From positions 543-64,542 of the IMG/VR virus record IMGVR_UViG_3300042503_000724: a DNA stretch of 64,000 bases; one strand, given 5' to 3'. Below the pieces are notes generated by a model. The model was not told the origin of the DNA. It saw nothing but the letters and a program-made list of their open reading frames with translations, and did no database searches. The first letter of the stretch is position 1, and every line of letters begins with the position of its first letter. Positions 25,047 through 33,792 of the stretch are shown here, in pieces. The translations under genes were made by a program, and so were the position numbers. Source of the DNA: a virus. Lineage: Duplodnaviria; Caudoviricetes.

Positions 25047-25076
25047 ATCTTACACTATTGGCATGACATTTGTCAA
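25047..25076 (-). promoter_or_regulatory. Promoter (leaderless) with TGACAnnTGTCA palindrome over the -35 box; drives DUF6065 and probably the tRNAs
   Basis: TTGACA-N18-TAAGAT-N7-ATG; palindrome at 25064-25075. Confidence 0.7.
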
Positions 25077-25078
25077 GT

Positions 25079-25438
25079 CTATTGGTCGTCTCTTTTTTTC
25101 ATTTCACTCAGCTCCCACAAAAGAAGCCTTTCTTCTTTTGTAAGGTTAGGAATTTCTTCATAGTTTAATGTAACATCAGTTGGAATAATTAGCCATTCTC
25201 CATCTTCCGTCATTGTCATTTCAACGTATCCTTTTTGCCAAACAGAAAATAAAAGCTCATTTGTAAATTCCATATGAGCTTCAAAAATATCTGGGTAGTC
25301 CTCAATTAAATCTTGTGTCATTTTGTAAATTGGCTCGCCATCTTCATCAATGCCAACGCTTTGTATGTAGTTATGTTTGATCATGTAATCCATCATTTCA
25401 TCATACTCTTCACTTGAGAAGTCGTCTGGGATTTCCAC
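25079..25438 (-). CDS. Acidic hypothetical protein
   Basis: ORF coupled to the TerL stop. Confidence 0.7.
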   Translation of the reverse strand: MEIPDDFSSEEYDEMMDYMIKHNYIQSVGIDEDGEPIYKMTQDLIEDYPDIFEAHMEFTNELLFSVWQKGYVEMTMTEDGEWLIIPTDVTLNYEEIPNLTKEERLLLWELSEMKKRDDQ

Positions 25439-27228
25439 TAAACCATTCCTATTCCATTTAAATATCTGAGAATATCATCTGGAGCCTGTCTATTTCTTTC
25501 AAGGTCTCTTTGTAAAATATTATCCCATTCTTTTTGCTTGTTGTCAAGTGCTTGTTGCTTGTATGTGTGAACTTCTATTTCTCTTCCGCCTTGCCTTCTT
25601 GGGGTTAAAGCAATAGCATTATATATTGCACCACAGACAGCATCTGCAAGATCCTTAGATCCCTTTCTTGGGTGATCTACCTTGTCACGAATAATTCTTA
25701 ACTGGAGCAGCTCTTCTACTAGCAATCTAATTGCTGGACCCACTAACCTTTCTTCTGCTACAAGCATTTGCATATCTTCATAATGCTTTTTTGCAACAGA
25801 CAAAGTTTCTGATTTCATTCCACTTGCCTTTAACTCATTCATAATGTCAAGTGAGTTCCATCTATCAAATGTTACAAGTTTAATCTTGAACCCACGGTTT
25901 CTAAGATCTAAAATATAATTTTTTACATCCTTAAAGTCTACAGTTTTATCTGCAGTTGGTGTCCACCATCTAACAGCATCAACAACAACTAATGGGTTAA
26001 TTACATCATAGTCATTAAATGTTGTAATCTTTACAAACTTTTCAACGTGAGCCAAAGCAACTGCACAGTGGTCATGCTTTTGTGCAAGGTCAACGTGAAT
26101 AAAATATTCTTTGTCATCGTCTGGTACAAACCACTCTGCAAATCTTCCGCTCTCATCTATTGCAAGTGATGGCTGATTAAAACATGCTTCAATTTTTTCC
26201 TTTGATCTAAAGAATGCATCCACTGCATCTGGAGGCATACAGGCAAATCTTGACAAAGCATCTGTAGGGTTTGTGTAAAACTGAATCTTAAAATCTTCTA
26301 TTTTTCTTGTTGGATTTATTTCCCATGTTGGTCTGCGTAGGGCAAACACTTTAGGAAACTTGTAGGCACTAATGTGATCTTCTTCCCACTGAATAGTAAA
26401 CTCGTTATTTGAATCTTCAACCTCTAGTGTTTCATCTAGCTTAAAGGTATGTTCACGAATAGTTGTTTCTTTGGCTGCAATCACTGCATCATACCTTTGC
26501 TGAATGTAGTCATTGCGATATCTTGGGAATGATAGCAAAACTACTTTGCCAAAATCTGGGAAACGAGAATCTACAGAGGCACGATACATATCGTAAATTG
26601 CCTGACCAGTTTTTGCTTGATCATGACCCGTTGTGTTATCAATGGCAAAGCCAGAGATCTCATCAAGAATTACACAAAGGACGTTGTACCCCTCCCAGGA
26701 TTCTCTTTCAGAGTGTCCTGAGTGGCAAGTAATTCCCTTATCAAAACTTACCGAACCTGCAGTGTAAGAATACTTTCCTTGAAACCAAGGAGACTTATCA
26801 ATTCTATTTTTTAAACCCTTAAAGAAAACATTCTTTGCTTGCTCAGCATTAATAGCAATATTAAGAATATCGATAGAGTCGCCTGGAGGTTTTCCGTAAT
26901 ACTTTGCAGGATCCTTTAAACATAAAAGAAGATATACCATGTAAGAAACAGAAATGGTTGACATGTAGTCCTTACCAGAACCTTTACCAAGCTGCAATAC
27001 TACTTCATTACAAGTTTGCTTTGATATCTTAGTTCCCTCTTCTTGACCAAAAACATTAATCAAAGTTTCTTTTTTATAAATTTGACTCATTGCTTTAATT
27101 GCAGTGTACTGATAATCAGAAAGCGGTGGTAGACCAAGGTAATCTCTAGAGGTTACAAACTCTTCTAAATTTACTGGCTTCTCGTCAAATTCATCTCCGC
27201 CAAGGAGATCAATCATATCTTCAAACAC
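25438..27228 (-). CDS. terL: Terminase large subunit
   Basis: Walker A LGKGSGKD, Walker B VILDEISGF, LLSFPR; nuclease HVDLAQKHD, TFDRWNS, DHPRKGSKDLADA. Confidence 0.9.
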   Translation of the reverse strand: MFEDMIDLLGGDEFDEKPVNLEEFVTSRDYLGLPPLSDYQYTAIKAMSQIYKKETLINVFGQEEGTKISKQTCNEVVLQLGKGSGKDYMSTISVSYMVYLLLCLKDPAKYYGKPPGDSIDILNIAINAEQAKNVFFKGLKNRIDKSPWFQGKYSYTAGSVSFDKGITCHSGHSERESWEGYNVLCVILDEISGFAIDNTTGHDQAKTGQAIYDMYRASVDSRFPDFGKVVLLSFPRYRNDYIQQRYDAVIAAKETTIREHTFKLDETLEVEDSNNEFTIQWEEDHISAYKFPKVFALRRPTWEINPTRKIEDFKIQFYTNPTDALSRFACMPPDAVDAFFRSKEKIEACFNQPSLAIDESGRFAEWFVPDDDKEYFIHVDLAQKHDHCAVALAHVEKFVKITTFNDYDVINPLVVVDAVRWWTPTADKTVDFKDVKNYILDLRNRGFKIKLVTFDRWNSLDIMNELKASGMKSETLSVAKKHYEDMQMLVAEERLVGPAIRLLVEELLQLRIIRDKVDHPRKGSKDLADAVCGAIYNAIALTPRRQGGREIEVHTYKQQALDNKQKEWDNILQRDLERNRQAPDDILRYLNGIGMV

Positions 27229-27746
27229 TAGAGTGCCTCTGCTTGTCCTGTTATCTTACTTAACCTTGAAGAAACTTGAGGCTTACATTTTTCGCAAGAC
27301 GAAACAACATCTCTAATAATCTCAACAAGCATCTGTTGCTTTTCTTCTGTTTCAATAATTTGTTCTGCTAGTTCGTTGTTGTCTAGCACACCTGCTTTTT
27401 GTAGCATGTCCATTTGTTTTTGTTGAATATCAGCAATTAGTTTTAAGGCTGATGTTTTTTGTGGTAACTGTGCAGTAAGGTCTGCTTGCTCTACTACATC
27501 CCAGGCTTCTTTAATAAGCATTGAGTAGTGCTGATCTGCACCTGCAAGAGCTTCTCTGGCTCGCATTTGAATCTGTCTATCACTTTGAATAACTGTACGC
27601 CACTCATTTAGGTACTCAGTTACTTGGGATCTTTTAAATCCAGTGATTGTAGCAATATCGTTAGGGTTTGTGTTTCCACGAAGGAACTCCTCAACAACCT
27701 TGTTGATTCTTTCCCAACGCTCTGCTAGCTCAATTTCCGCTGCCAT
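27228..27746 (-). CDS. Probable terminase small subunit
   Basis: N-terminal HTH plus helical region, directly upstream of terL. Confidence 0.6.
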   Translation of the reverse strand: MAAEIELAERWERINKVVEEFLRGNTNPNDIATITGFKRSQVTEYLNEWRTVIQSDRQIQMRAREALAGADQHYSMLIKEAWDVVEQADLTAQLPQKTSALKLIADIQQKQMDMLQKAGVLDNNELAEQIIETEEKQQMLVEIIRDVVSSCEKCKPQVSSRLSKITGQAEAL

Positions 27747-28008
27747 TCTTCTTAATCCTTTTCTTCTTAGGTTTAATTATACCCTTTAAATCCCACAAAT
27801 AAAAGGACCTATATCCAGTGGGACCAATAACATCAATCCATTCCATACCAGAATCGGTGTTCTTTACATACTTTTCAAACTTAAAGTCTCCACGAACATT
27901 CTTTATTTTAAGAGGTGTTCCTGGAACAATTAGGTCTTTGCCATGCTGGTGTTCAAACTTTACATCCCAGTTTGGATTATACTTAATTACAGTTTTTGTT
28001 TTAGCCAT
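27730..28008 (-). CDS. Hypothetical protein
   Basis: PGT..KIK..RG.FKF ... EWIDV; SH3-like pattern. Confidence 0.65.
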   Translation of the reverse strand: MAKTKTVIKYNPNWDVKFEHQHGKDLIVPGTPLKIKNVRGDFKFEKYVKNTDSGMEWIDVIGPTGYRSFYLWDLKGIIKPKKKRIKKNGSGN

Positions 28009-28181
28009 TATCTATATCCGCCAGCAGTTGGAGCCCATACAGAAACATTTCCAAGAGTCCAACTCCTAGTAAGAACATTACCACATTTTTCACATTGCTG
28101 ATGGTCTCTATCGTCAACTTTAACATTTGGTTTTTCAATAGAGTTATCACAGGTTACACAAGTGTATTCATAGGTGGGCAT
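28008..28181 (-). CDS. FmdB-family zinc ribbon protein
   Basis: Hand translation MPTYEYTCVTCDNSIEKPNVKVDDRDHQQCEKCGNVLTRSW... Confidence 0.8.
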   Translation of the reverse strand: MPTYEYTCVTCDNSIEKPNVKVDDRDHQQCEKCGNVLTRSWTLGNVSVWAPTAGGYR

Positions 28182-28423
28182 TATCTTCCTTCCAGCCTAT
28201 TAATTTCATCATTAATATAAAAGATTGCCTTTTGCAAATCTTCTATTTGTTTTTTGTCATCCTTAATTCCAGCTCTCCAAAGATACTTAAAAGCATTACC
28301 AATGTTAAAGTTTCTATGACGTGTAATTTGAATGCACTCAACTCCAGATGGATCAGTTGTGTAGTGTGCAGGATGATTTACTTGATCTACCTCAATATGA
28401 AACTTATCCTCATACTCGTGCAT
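28181..28423 (-). CDS. DUF3310-family protein
   Basis: DQVNHPAHYT, ECI, GNAFKYLWRAG.K, EDLQKAIFYI. Confidence 0.88.
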   Translation of the reverse strand: MHEYEDKFHIEVDQVNHPAHYTTDPSGVECIQITRHRNFNIGNAFKYLWRAGIKDDKKQIEDLQKAIFYINDEINRLEGR

Positions 28424-29092
28424 CTAATTTTCCATTCTTCTGTAAAGATCTTTTAAACCTTTTAGTGTACCAATATCCATGTATTCTCCGTCATTTCTAA
28501 CTGCTTGAATATTAAACCTTGATGTTATCCACTCCTGAATTTGTTCTCCTGGATGGTTTCTACTTGGGTCTACATATCTTATCATATTTTTTCGGAAAAG
28601 TAAAGTGCCCCACAAATATTCATAGTCGCAATCATTTGTTTTATCTTTTGAAGCTACTACTTTATTGTCTCGTAAAGATACCTGACCAACTCTTCCTCTA
28701 AGTTCTTCTGGACAATTCCAAACTCCTAAAACTAAGTCTGCGTTGTCTTGATTTTTCATAAGCTCTGAGTAAATGTTCTTTGTTGAATTTAAGATATAAG
28801 TGTCAGGCATTCCAATAAGCACAGTGTCATTATAGTCGCCTATCATAAAATCAATTGCGTCAGACATGGTTGAGGGCTCTCTAACAATAAGCTTTATGTT
28901 CATGTCCATGTTTTGAATAATTGGAACCCACTCAGGTCGTGTTGATACACGAACCTCATCACATACCTCAAGCATTTGATTTACATGCCACTGCAACAAA
29001 CATCTATCATCACTAATAGGCAAACAAAATTTTGGTATTCCACCAATCCTAGATGCCTTTCCTGATGCAGGAAGAACTCCAACTGTAGGCAT
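28424..29092 (-). CDS. Sugar-phosphate nucleotidyltransferase (RmlA-like)
   Basis: GVLPASGKASRIGGIPK..LP, GMPDT, GQV, YMDIGT. Confidence 0.8.
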   Translation of the reverse strand: MPTVGVLPASGKASRIGGIPKFCLPISDDRCLLQWHVNQMLEVCDEVRVSTRPEWVPIIQNMDMNIKLIVREPSTMSDAIDFMIGDYNDTVLIGMPDTYILNSTKNIYSELMKNQDNADLVLGVWNCPEELRGRVGQVSLRDNKVVASKDKTNDCDYEYLWGTLLFRKNMIRYVDPSRNHPGEQIQEWITSRFNIQAVRNDGEYMDIGTLKGLKDLYRRMEN

Positions 29093-29850
29093 TACTCTTT
29101 CCAGTCTTTTGGATCAAACCCATCTTTATAGGATTGGTTTACTAGTGGGTCTGCCTTCCAAGCAATGTATCCTTCTTTGCGACCAGTATCTCCCCAGTAT
29201 AAATGCTGAACGTATCTATCAAGCAAGCACCTTGCCTTGTCTCCAGAAAAAGCAAAGAACCTATTTTCTTGTGCTAGTTTAGACTCATTATACTCTGCTG
29301 CCTTTAATCTTAAGTCACCTTCGTGTGGTGGAAGCCCCATTGAGTTCATTAGGCTATCTGTAAACATTGCAACATCTGTATAGTAATGAACCATGTTAGG
29401 AATGCTCCAGTCCCCCAGCTTTACTCTTTCAACACATAAATCCATTGCATCTTTTAAGAATGGATGACCTGATCTTGCTGCAATAACTTGTGTTGCATAC
29501 CAAGGTGTGTCTCCTTCAATATCAACTACCATTTCATATCCTTGTGGGAACCATCTAGAAATTTTACTAATACAGTTTGTATCTAAGTCTGCATAAACTC
29601 CACCATAAGCATGTAAGATTGCAAATCTCCAAAGTCCAGCTTTCATAACGCCCATTGGCATTTTCATGTAAGTGTCGTAAACCTCTGTGCTATATTCATA
29701 TTTAAAGAAGTGTTCTCTATCTTCTGCACTCATATAGTTGTGCTCCCAAGAAGGATTTTGAGTCACCCAAGAGTTTATTCCTTCTAGTGCATATGCTGGT
29801 AAATCTTCTTTTTTACATTCATAGGTTTGCCAAATATTTTTTTCAATCAT
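29092..29850 (-). CDS. GT32 (Och1-like, DxD) glycosyltransferase
   Basis: MIEKNIWQT, SW..NP.W, WRFAIL..YGGVYADLD, HP. Confidence 0.88.
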   Translation of the reverse strand: MIEKNIWQTYECKKEDLPAYALEGINSWVTQNPSWEHNYMSAEDREHFFKYEYSTEVYDTYMKMPMGVMKAGLWRFAILHAYGGVYADLDTNCISKISRWFPQGYEMVVDIEGDTPWYATQVIAARSGHPFLKDAMDLCVERVKLGDWSIPNMVHYYTDVAMFTDSLMNSMGLPPHEGDLRLKAAEYNESKLAQENRFFAFSGDKARCLLDRYVQHLYWGDTGRKEGYIAWKADPLVNQSYKDGFDPKDWKE

Positions 29851-30011
29851 CGTGACCACTTTCTTTGATTTCTAATTAGGTCAAACTCTACTAAATATCT
29901 ATAGACTGTTTGATGACTAGTCTCACACTCTTTGGCAATTTCTTCAATAGTTTTTCTATCAATAATGTATCTTTTTGTAAGCCAGGTTTTTGACTGATAA
30001 AGTTTTTTCAT
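29847..30011 (-). CDS. Small HTH DNA-binding protein (54 aa)
   Basis: Hand translation MKKLYQSKTWLTKRYIIDRKTIEEIAKECETSHQTVYRYLVEFDLIR... Confidence 0.75.
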   Translation of the reverse strand: MKKLYQSKTWLTKRYIIDRKTIEEIAKECETSHQTVYRYLVEFDLIRNQRKWSR

Positions 30012-30577
30012 GATCTCTCCGTAAGTTTATTATATGCGTAGTAGGCAATTCCAATAGCATCACCAGTGTCGTTATCTGTAACACTTATGTTAAACTTATT
30101 ATTAAAGTAGTCCATTGTTTTTTGCTTTCTATTCTCTCTTATTTTACCCTTATACCAACTATCAGTCTTGTCTGGAAACTGTAGTCTAATGTTAGCCTTG
30201 TCTGCTTTAGTTGGATTATTGTTTCCAATAAAGGATTGCCATTGAATTGGAGCAACAGTAATTACTTTTGTTTCAGGTTTTAGTAGTGCTGCTAATGAAG
30301 CACCAACGATCATAGCAATCTTTAGTCCTGCATCTGCTGACCTAACCATAATTGCAGATTCAACTGCAACGTAATCTGGATCCACCAGTGACGCAATAGC
30401 TTCCGACTTTCTATGAGCATCTTTAACCTTATCATAAATGTCAGCACCTACAATTGGCATCTTTCCAAATTTTACTGGCTTATCATTTTCAAACAAACAA
30501 AATGCTAGTGAGGCAGTTGAAGCATCAATTCCTAAAACTTTATGAGCACTAGACTTTTTTAGTACTGCTAATGACAT
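30008..30577 (-). CDS. RuvC-like Holliday junction resolvase
   Basis: VLGIDAST, VAVES, DTGDAIGIA; start moved to MSLAVL. Confidence 0.82.
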   Translation of the reverse strand: MSLAVLKKSSAHKVLGIDASTASLAFCLFENDKPVKFGKMPIVGADIYDKVKDAHRKSEAIASLVDPDYVAVESAIMVRSADAGLKIAMIVGASLAALLKPETKVITVAPIQWQSFIGNNNPTKADKANIRLQFPDKTDSWYKGKIRENRKQKTMDYFNNKFNISVTDNDTGDAIGIAYYAYNKLTERS

Positions 30578-30839
30578 TTGACATTGCCTCCATCGCCAAG
30601 TATCTTTTATTTTTTTTGTTTTTAGAATCACATACTGAGCAAGTGTCATCAGAGTTGTATCTACTCAAAGTTGATCCGCAACCACAAAGTCTTTCAAGAC
30701 CGTTTAGCCTTGCTTTTTTCTGGTAGTACTTTTCCATAATTCTTTTGTTTGTTGCAATGCGACAGCATTCTCCAGAACAATATTTTTGATTATGAGTTTT
30801 TGCATCAAACTTTAAGTTGCATTCTTTACATACTTTCAT
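30549..30839 (-). CDS. Cys-rich zinc-binding protein
   Basis: CKEC..F....NQKYCS.EC ... CGC ... CSVC. Confidence 0.7.
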   Translation of the reverse strand: MKVCKECNLKFDAKTHNQKYCSGECCRIATNKRIMEKYYQKKARLNGLERLCGCGSTLSRYNSDDTCSVCDSKNKKNKRYLAMEAMSNVISSTKKV

Positions 30840-31612
30840 GCTTGTCTAATTTCTAATGGGACAATTTTGTGTCTTCCGTCAGGCTTTTCAAAACAAACTT
30901 CTTTAACTGGACAATAGGTGCATGGAGCTTTGTCTCCCTTAAATGGACGCTTGATGTTTTTCTTTTCTTCCCAAGCAGCACGAACTTCTTTCATCCAGTC
31001 AAAGATATAGTCTACATAATCTAAGTTTTCTGGTGACATTACCATTGGAATTACAGTAATCTCGTGAGTGTTCTTGTTCTCATACAAAAAGAATCCTTCT
31101 TCCGCACCAGTTACCTTCATGTAAATAAGCAATTGAACTACATGGCTATCTGCACCAGTTGAAGTATCTTTTCTTAGAGTATATTGGTCATCTTTAATTG
31201 TTTTAATTTCTCCAACAATCTCTTCACCCTCAACATCTAAAATTAAATCTATAAAGCCACGAATTGGTGGGCTGTCTAGTTTAATCTCACGCTCTGATTC
31301 TTTTAGATATCCAGTTTTTGCAATAACCTTTTCAAGCCTTGTGTGTGCATCTGTACCGTTATCCATTGCAGCAACGCCTTGAGCGTTAAACGTTTCTTTA
31401 AAATCTGCACCGTCAAAAGCAATTGACCAATATCTAGGACACTTACCGTGACCATATCCAACTGTTGATGGAGAGAAGGTAGTTTTCTTTCTATGAATAT
31501 ATCCAGTTTTTCCTTCTAGGTAAGCTTTTCCAATTGCAAGTCTAAACTTTTTTGCATCCAGTTTTGTGTTTCTTGGCTTCTTTGTTAATGTTCCAATTAA
31601 GTTTCTAGCCAT
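30836..31612 (-). CDS. Cas4-like PD-(D/E)XK exonuclease
   Basis: CPR, GTDAH, GFID, EIKT, QLLIY, CTYCPVKEVC (Fe-S ligands). Confidence 0.85.
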   Translation of the reverse strand: MARNLIGTLTKKPRNTKLDAKKFRLAIGKAYLEGKTGYIHRKKTTFSPSTVGYGHGKCPRYWSIAFDGADFKETFNAQGVAAMDNGTDAHTRLEKVIAKTGYLKESEREIKLDSPPIRGFIDLILDVEGEEIVGEIKTIKDDQYTLRKDTSTGADSHVVQLLIYMKVTGAEEGFFLYENKNTHEITVIPMVMSPENLDYVDYIFDWMKEVRAAWEEKKNIKRPFKGDKAPCTYCPVKEVCFEKPDGRHKIVPLEIRQA

Positions 31613-31941
31613 TATGCACCAAGCCTTGCAATATATTTTAGAGAGTCTACAAGCTTGTCTAATGAGTCACGCATAGAGTAGTACACATGCTTTTTAGTAT
31701 TGTTAATACTTCCAGAAGGTCCCTTTTCTACAGTTGTATACCACGTTGCAAGCATTCCAAACTTTGCACTCATAGCCTGTAACTTGCTAATTAAAACAAC
31801 TGCTTGAACAGATGGAATGTCTGGCTTCATCATAATCTTAACAACAATAGCCATTGCCTCATCAAGGTCTTTATCTTTCATAAACTCGTGAATATCATTA
31901 AACTCAGTTACCTGACTAATATAATCAAGGGTTGATTCCAT
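31612..31941 (-). CDS. Hypothetical helical protein (possible recombination accessory)
   Basis: ORF in recombination operon. Confidence 0.65.
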   Translation of the reverse strand: MESTLDYISQVTEFNDIHEFMKDKDLDEAMAIVVKIMMKPDIPSVQAVVLISKLQAMSAKFGMLATWYTTVEKGPSGSINNTKKHVYYSMRDSLDKLVDSLKYIARLGA

Positions 31942-32230
31942 TTGCTCTCTCCATTAAATCTTCTAGCATTGCCCATTCAATGACTGCTAGTCTTATCTTT
32001 TGTGTTTCTCCAATTGCCAACAGCAATGCTGGAGACTTAGTATTATCAGTTCTTAGTGTGTCAGTTACAATCTTTGCCCAAACATCTTGGTTTAAAGTAA
32101 AACTTTTTCCTGCTTCTTTTACGTCAACAATGAACTCGTCAAGTGATCCGTCACCTTTTTGATATTGACCACGACCAGAATTTTTATGTGCCTTAGCACC
32201 AATTCTTTTTAGTTCACCACGTTCGCTCAC
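31925..32230 (-). CDS. Hjc-like PD-(D/E)XK resolvase/nuclease
   Basis: E..., NSGRG..KGD ... VDVKE. Confidence 0.7.
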   Translation of the reverse strand: MSERGELKRIGAKAHKNSGRGQYQKGDGSLDEFIVDVKEAGKSFTLNQDVWAKIVTDTLRTDNTKSPALLLAIGETQKIRLAVIEWAMLEDLMERANGINP

Positions 32231-32415
32231 AGTTTAATTTCGTTTCTGTGATTGCTAGAACAAACATAAACTATTACCAATTCATCTTCGTTGAGCTTTG
32301 CCTGTCTTAAATGCTCATCACAATCCTGACACATAAATGTTCCAAAAATTGTGTCTACGCCAATATCTGCTTGTCTTTCTGAAGACTTTATAAAATCTTC
32401 TGGGTTAATGCTCAT
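32227..32415 (-). CDS. Small zinc-binding protein
   Basis: CQDC ... CSSNH. Confidence 0.6.
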   Translation of the reverse strand: MSINPEDFIKSSERQADIGVDTIFGTFMCQDCDEHLRQAKLNEDELVIVYVCSSNHRNEIKL

Positions 32416-33413
32416 AACTTGCTGTATACCATGCTTTCTAAAGTATCAAATACTGCTGGATTTTCTTTTACATAGTCAATAACTTTTGCACGACCCTGCA
32501 ATCTTTGATCCATAATAGTATACCAGGCTCCACCACGTTCGATAATGCCCATCATTTCTGCAATGTCAACAAGGTCAGCTACTTTGTCTACCCCCACAAC
32601 ATCTCCTTGGAAATAAAAGTCATAGGACCCACTAATGAATTGTGGTCCTGTTTTATTATAGTCAATTGTCCAGTTTACTGGACGACCAACACGTTGTTCA
32701 ATTAGCTTATCTCCAATGGCAATCTTGTCTTTAATAGAAGATGCCTCTGACTCAGATGACCATAGTTTAATAATTGTGCTTGAGAAAAACTTGACAGCCA
32801 TTCCACCAGTTGGAATATGGGTTGCATGCATTCCTCCAAAACTATTACGTTGCTGTGAAATTAAAACAAGCAATGTATTTTTATTTGCATAGTTCATCAT
32901 TTTTACTGCATGAGTCATGTCTTTTGCCTCTGCACCAATTTGCTTAGTGTTTTCAAGAGACTTTAATTCTTCACCATCTTTTTCAAAATAGATTGCAGGG
33001 AGTAGTGCTGAAATAGAGTCTACAACAACAAGATCAACCCCTGCATTCATCAAGTCAACAACTACGTCTACCATGTCATTTACAGACTTTGCTGCAGAAT
33101 AAATCAATTTACTTGAATCTACTCCAAGCTTTTCTGCCCACTCAGGTGAGTACGATGCTTCAGAATCAATCCAGGCACAGGTCTTTCCTTCTTTTTGTGC
33201 CTCACCAATCATCTGCAAACAGAAAGAAGATTTACCTGCAGACTTATTCCCCCAAACTAAAACTTGACGACCATAACCCAGTCCACCCTTAAGCCCAACA
33301 TTCAAGCTTAAACTTGGAGTAGGCTGTTTTTCAGTTTCTACTTCTGTTGCTTGCTGCACACGCTTTCTTGTCTTTGGATCTAGCCTTGATAAAATATCTT
33401 CCATTGTTGTCAT
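32412..33413 (-). CDS. recA: RecA-like recombinase
   Basis: GNKSAGKS, WIDSE, VVVDSISAL, QIG..A, ISQ.R, TGG, GAWY; start moved to MTTMED (GGAG RBS, TGaTATAAT at 33442-33450). Confidence 0.92.
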   Translation of the reverse strand: MTTMEDILSRLDPKTRKRVQQATEVETEKQPTPSLSLNVGLKGGLGYGRQVLVWGNKSAGKSSFCLQMIGEAQKEGKTCAWIDSEASYSPEWAEKLGVDSSKLIYSAAKSVNDMVDVVVDLMNAGVDLVVVDSISALLPAIYFEKDGEELKSLENTKQIGAEAKDMTHAVKMMNYANKNTLLVLISQQRNSFGGMHATHIPTGGMAVKFFSSTIIKLWSSESEASSIKDKIAIGDKLIEQRVGRPVNWTIDYNKTGPQFISGSYDFYFQGDVVGVDKVADLVDIAEMMGIIERGGAWYTIMDQRLQGRAKVIDYVKENPAVFDTLESMVYSKL

Positions 33414-33447
33414 TTTATATCTCCATCTTGTATAAGCATCTATTATA

Positions 33448-33792
33448 TCATCCCAATACGCCATGCATTTTTGGACGTTGGCTATTAATAATTGTCTTCT
33501 TTGTAACTACATCCTCAAGAGAGTCTTTGGCTTCTCCAGCCATTACAAGACCCTGGTACAAGTCAACTACACGAATAATAATATCCGCTAGCTCTTCTAC
33601 AACCTCTTGTTGTCCCTTTTGCTTTCTAAGTGCTTCCAAGACTTCTGTTGCTTCTGAGTGAATCATTGCAATTTGTTTTGCAAAGAAAATAAATGGGTCT
33701 GCCTTTGGCTCTACATTTTCATACATGTAGTCCCAAAATCCTTTTTCTGTTGCATTGTGATGTACGCTTCTTGCTAAATTATCTAAGTTCAT
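33448..33792 (-). CDS. MazG-like NTP pyrophosphohydrolase
   Basis: IHSEATEVLEALRK ... EELADIIIR. Confidence 0.85.
   Translation of the reverse strand: MNLDNLARSVHHNATEKGFWDYMYENVEPKADPFIFFAKQIAMIHSEATEVLEALRKQKGQQEVVEELADIIIRVVDLYQGLVMAGEAKDSLEDVVTKKTIINSQRPKMHGVLG

Noticed and set aside
30836-31612. Cas4-like gene as a sign of CRISPR-Cas
   Set aside because: No repeat-spacer array or other cas genes seen; it lies in the recA/resolvase operon, as is usual for phage solo Cas4-like nucleases.
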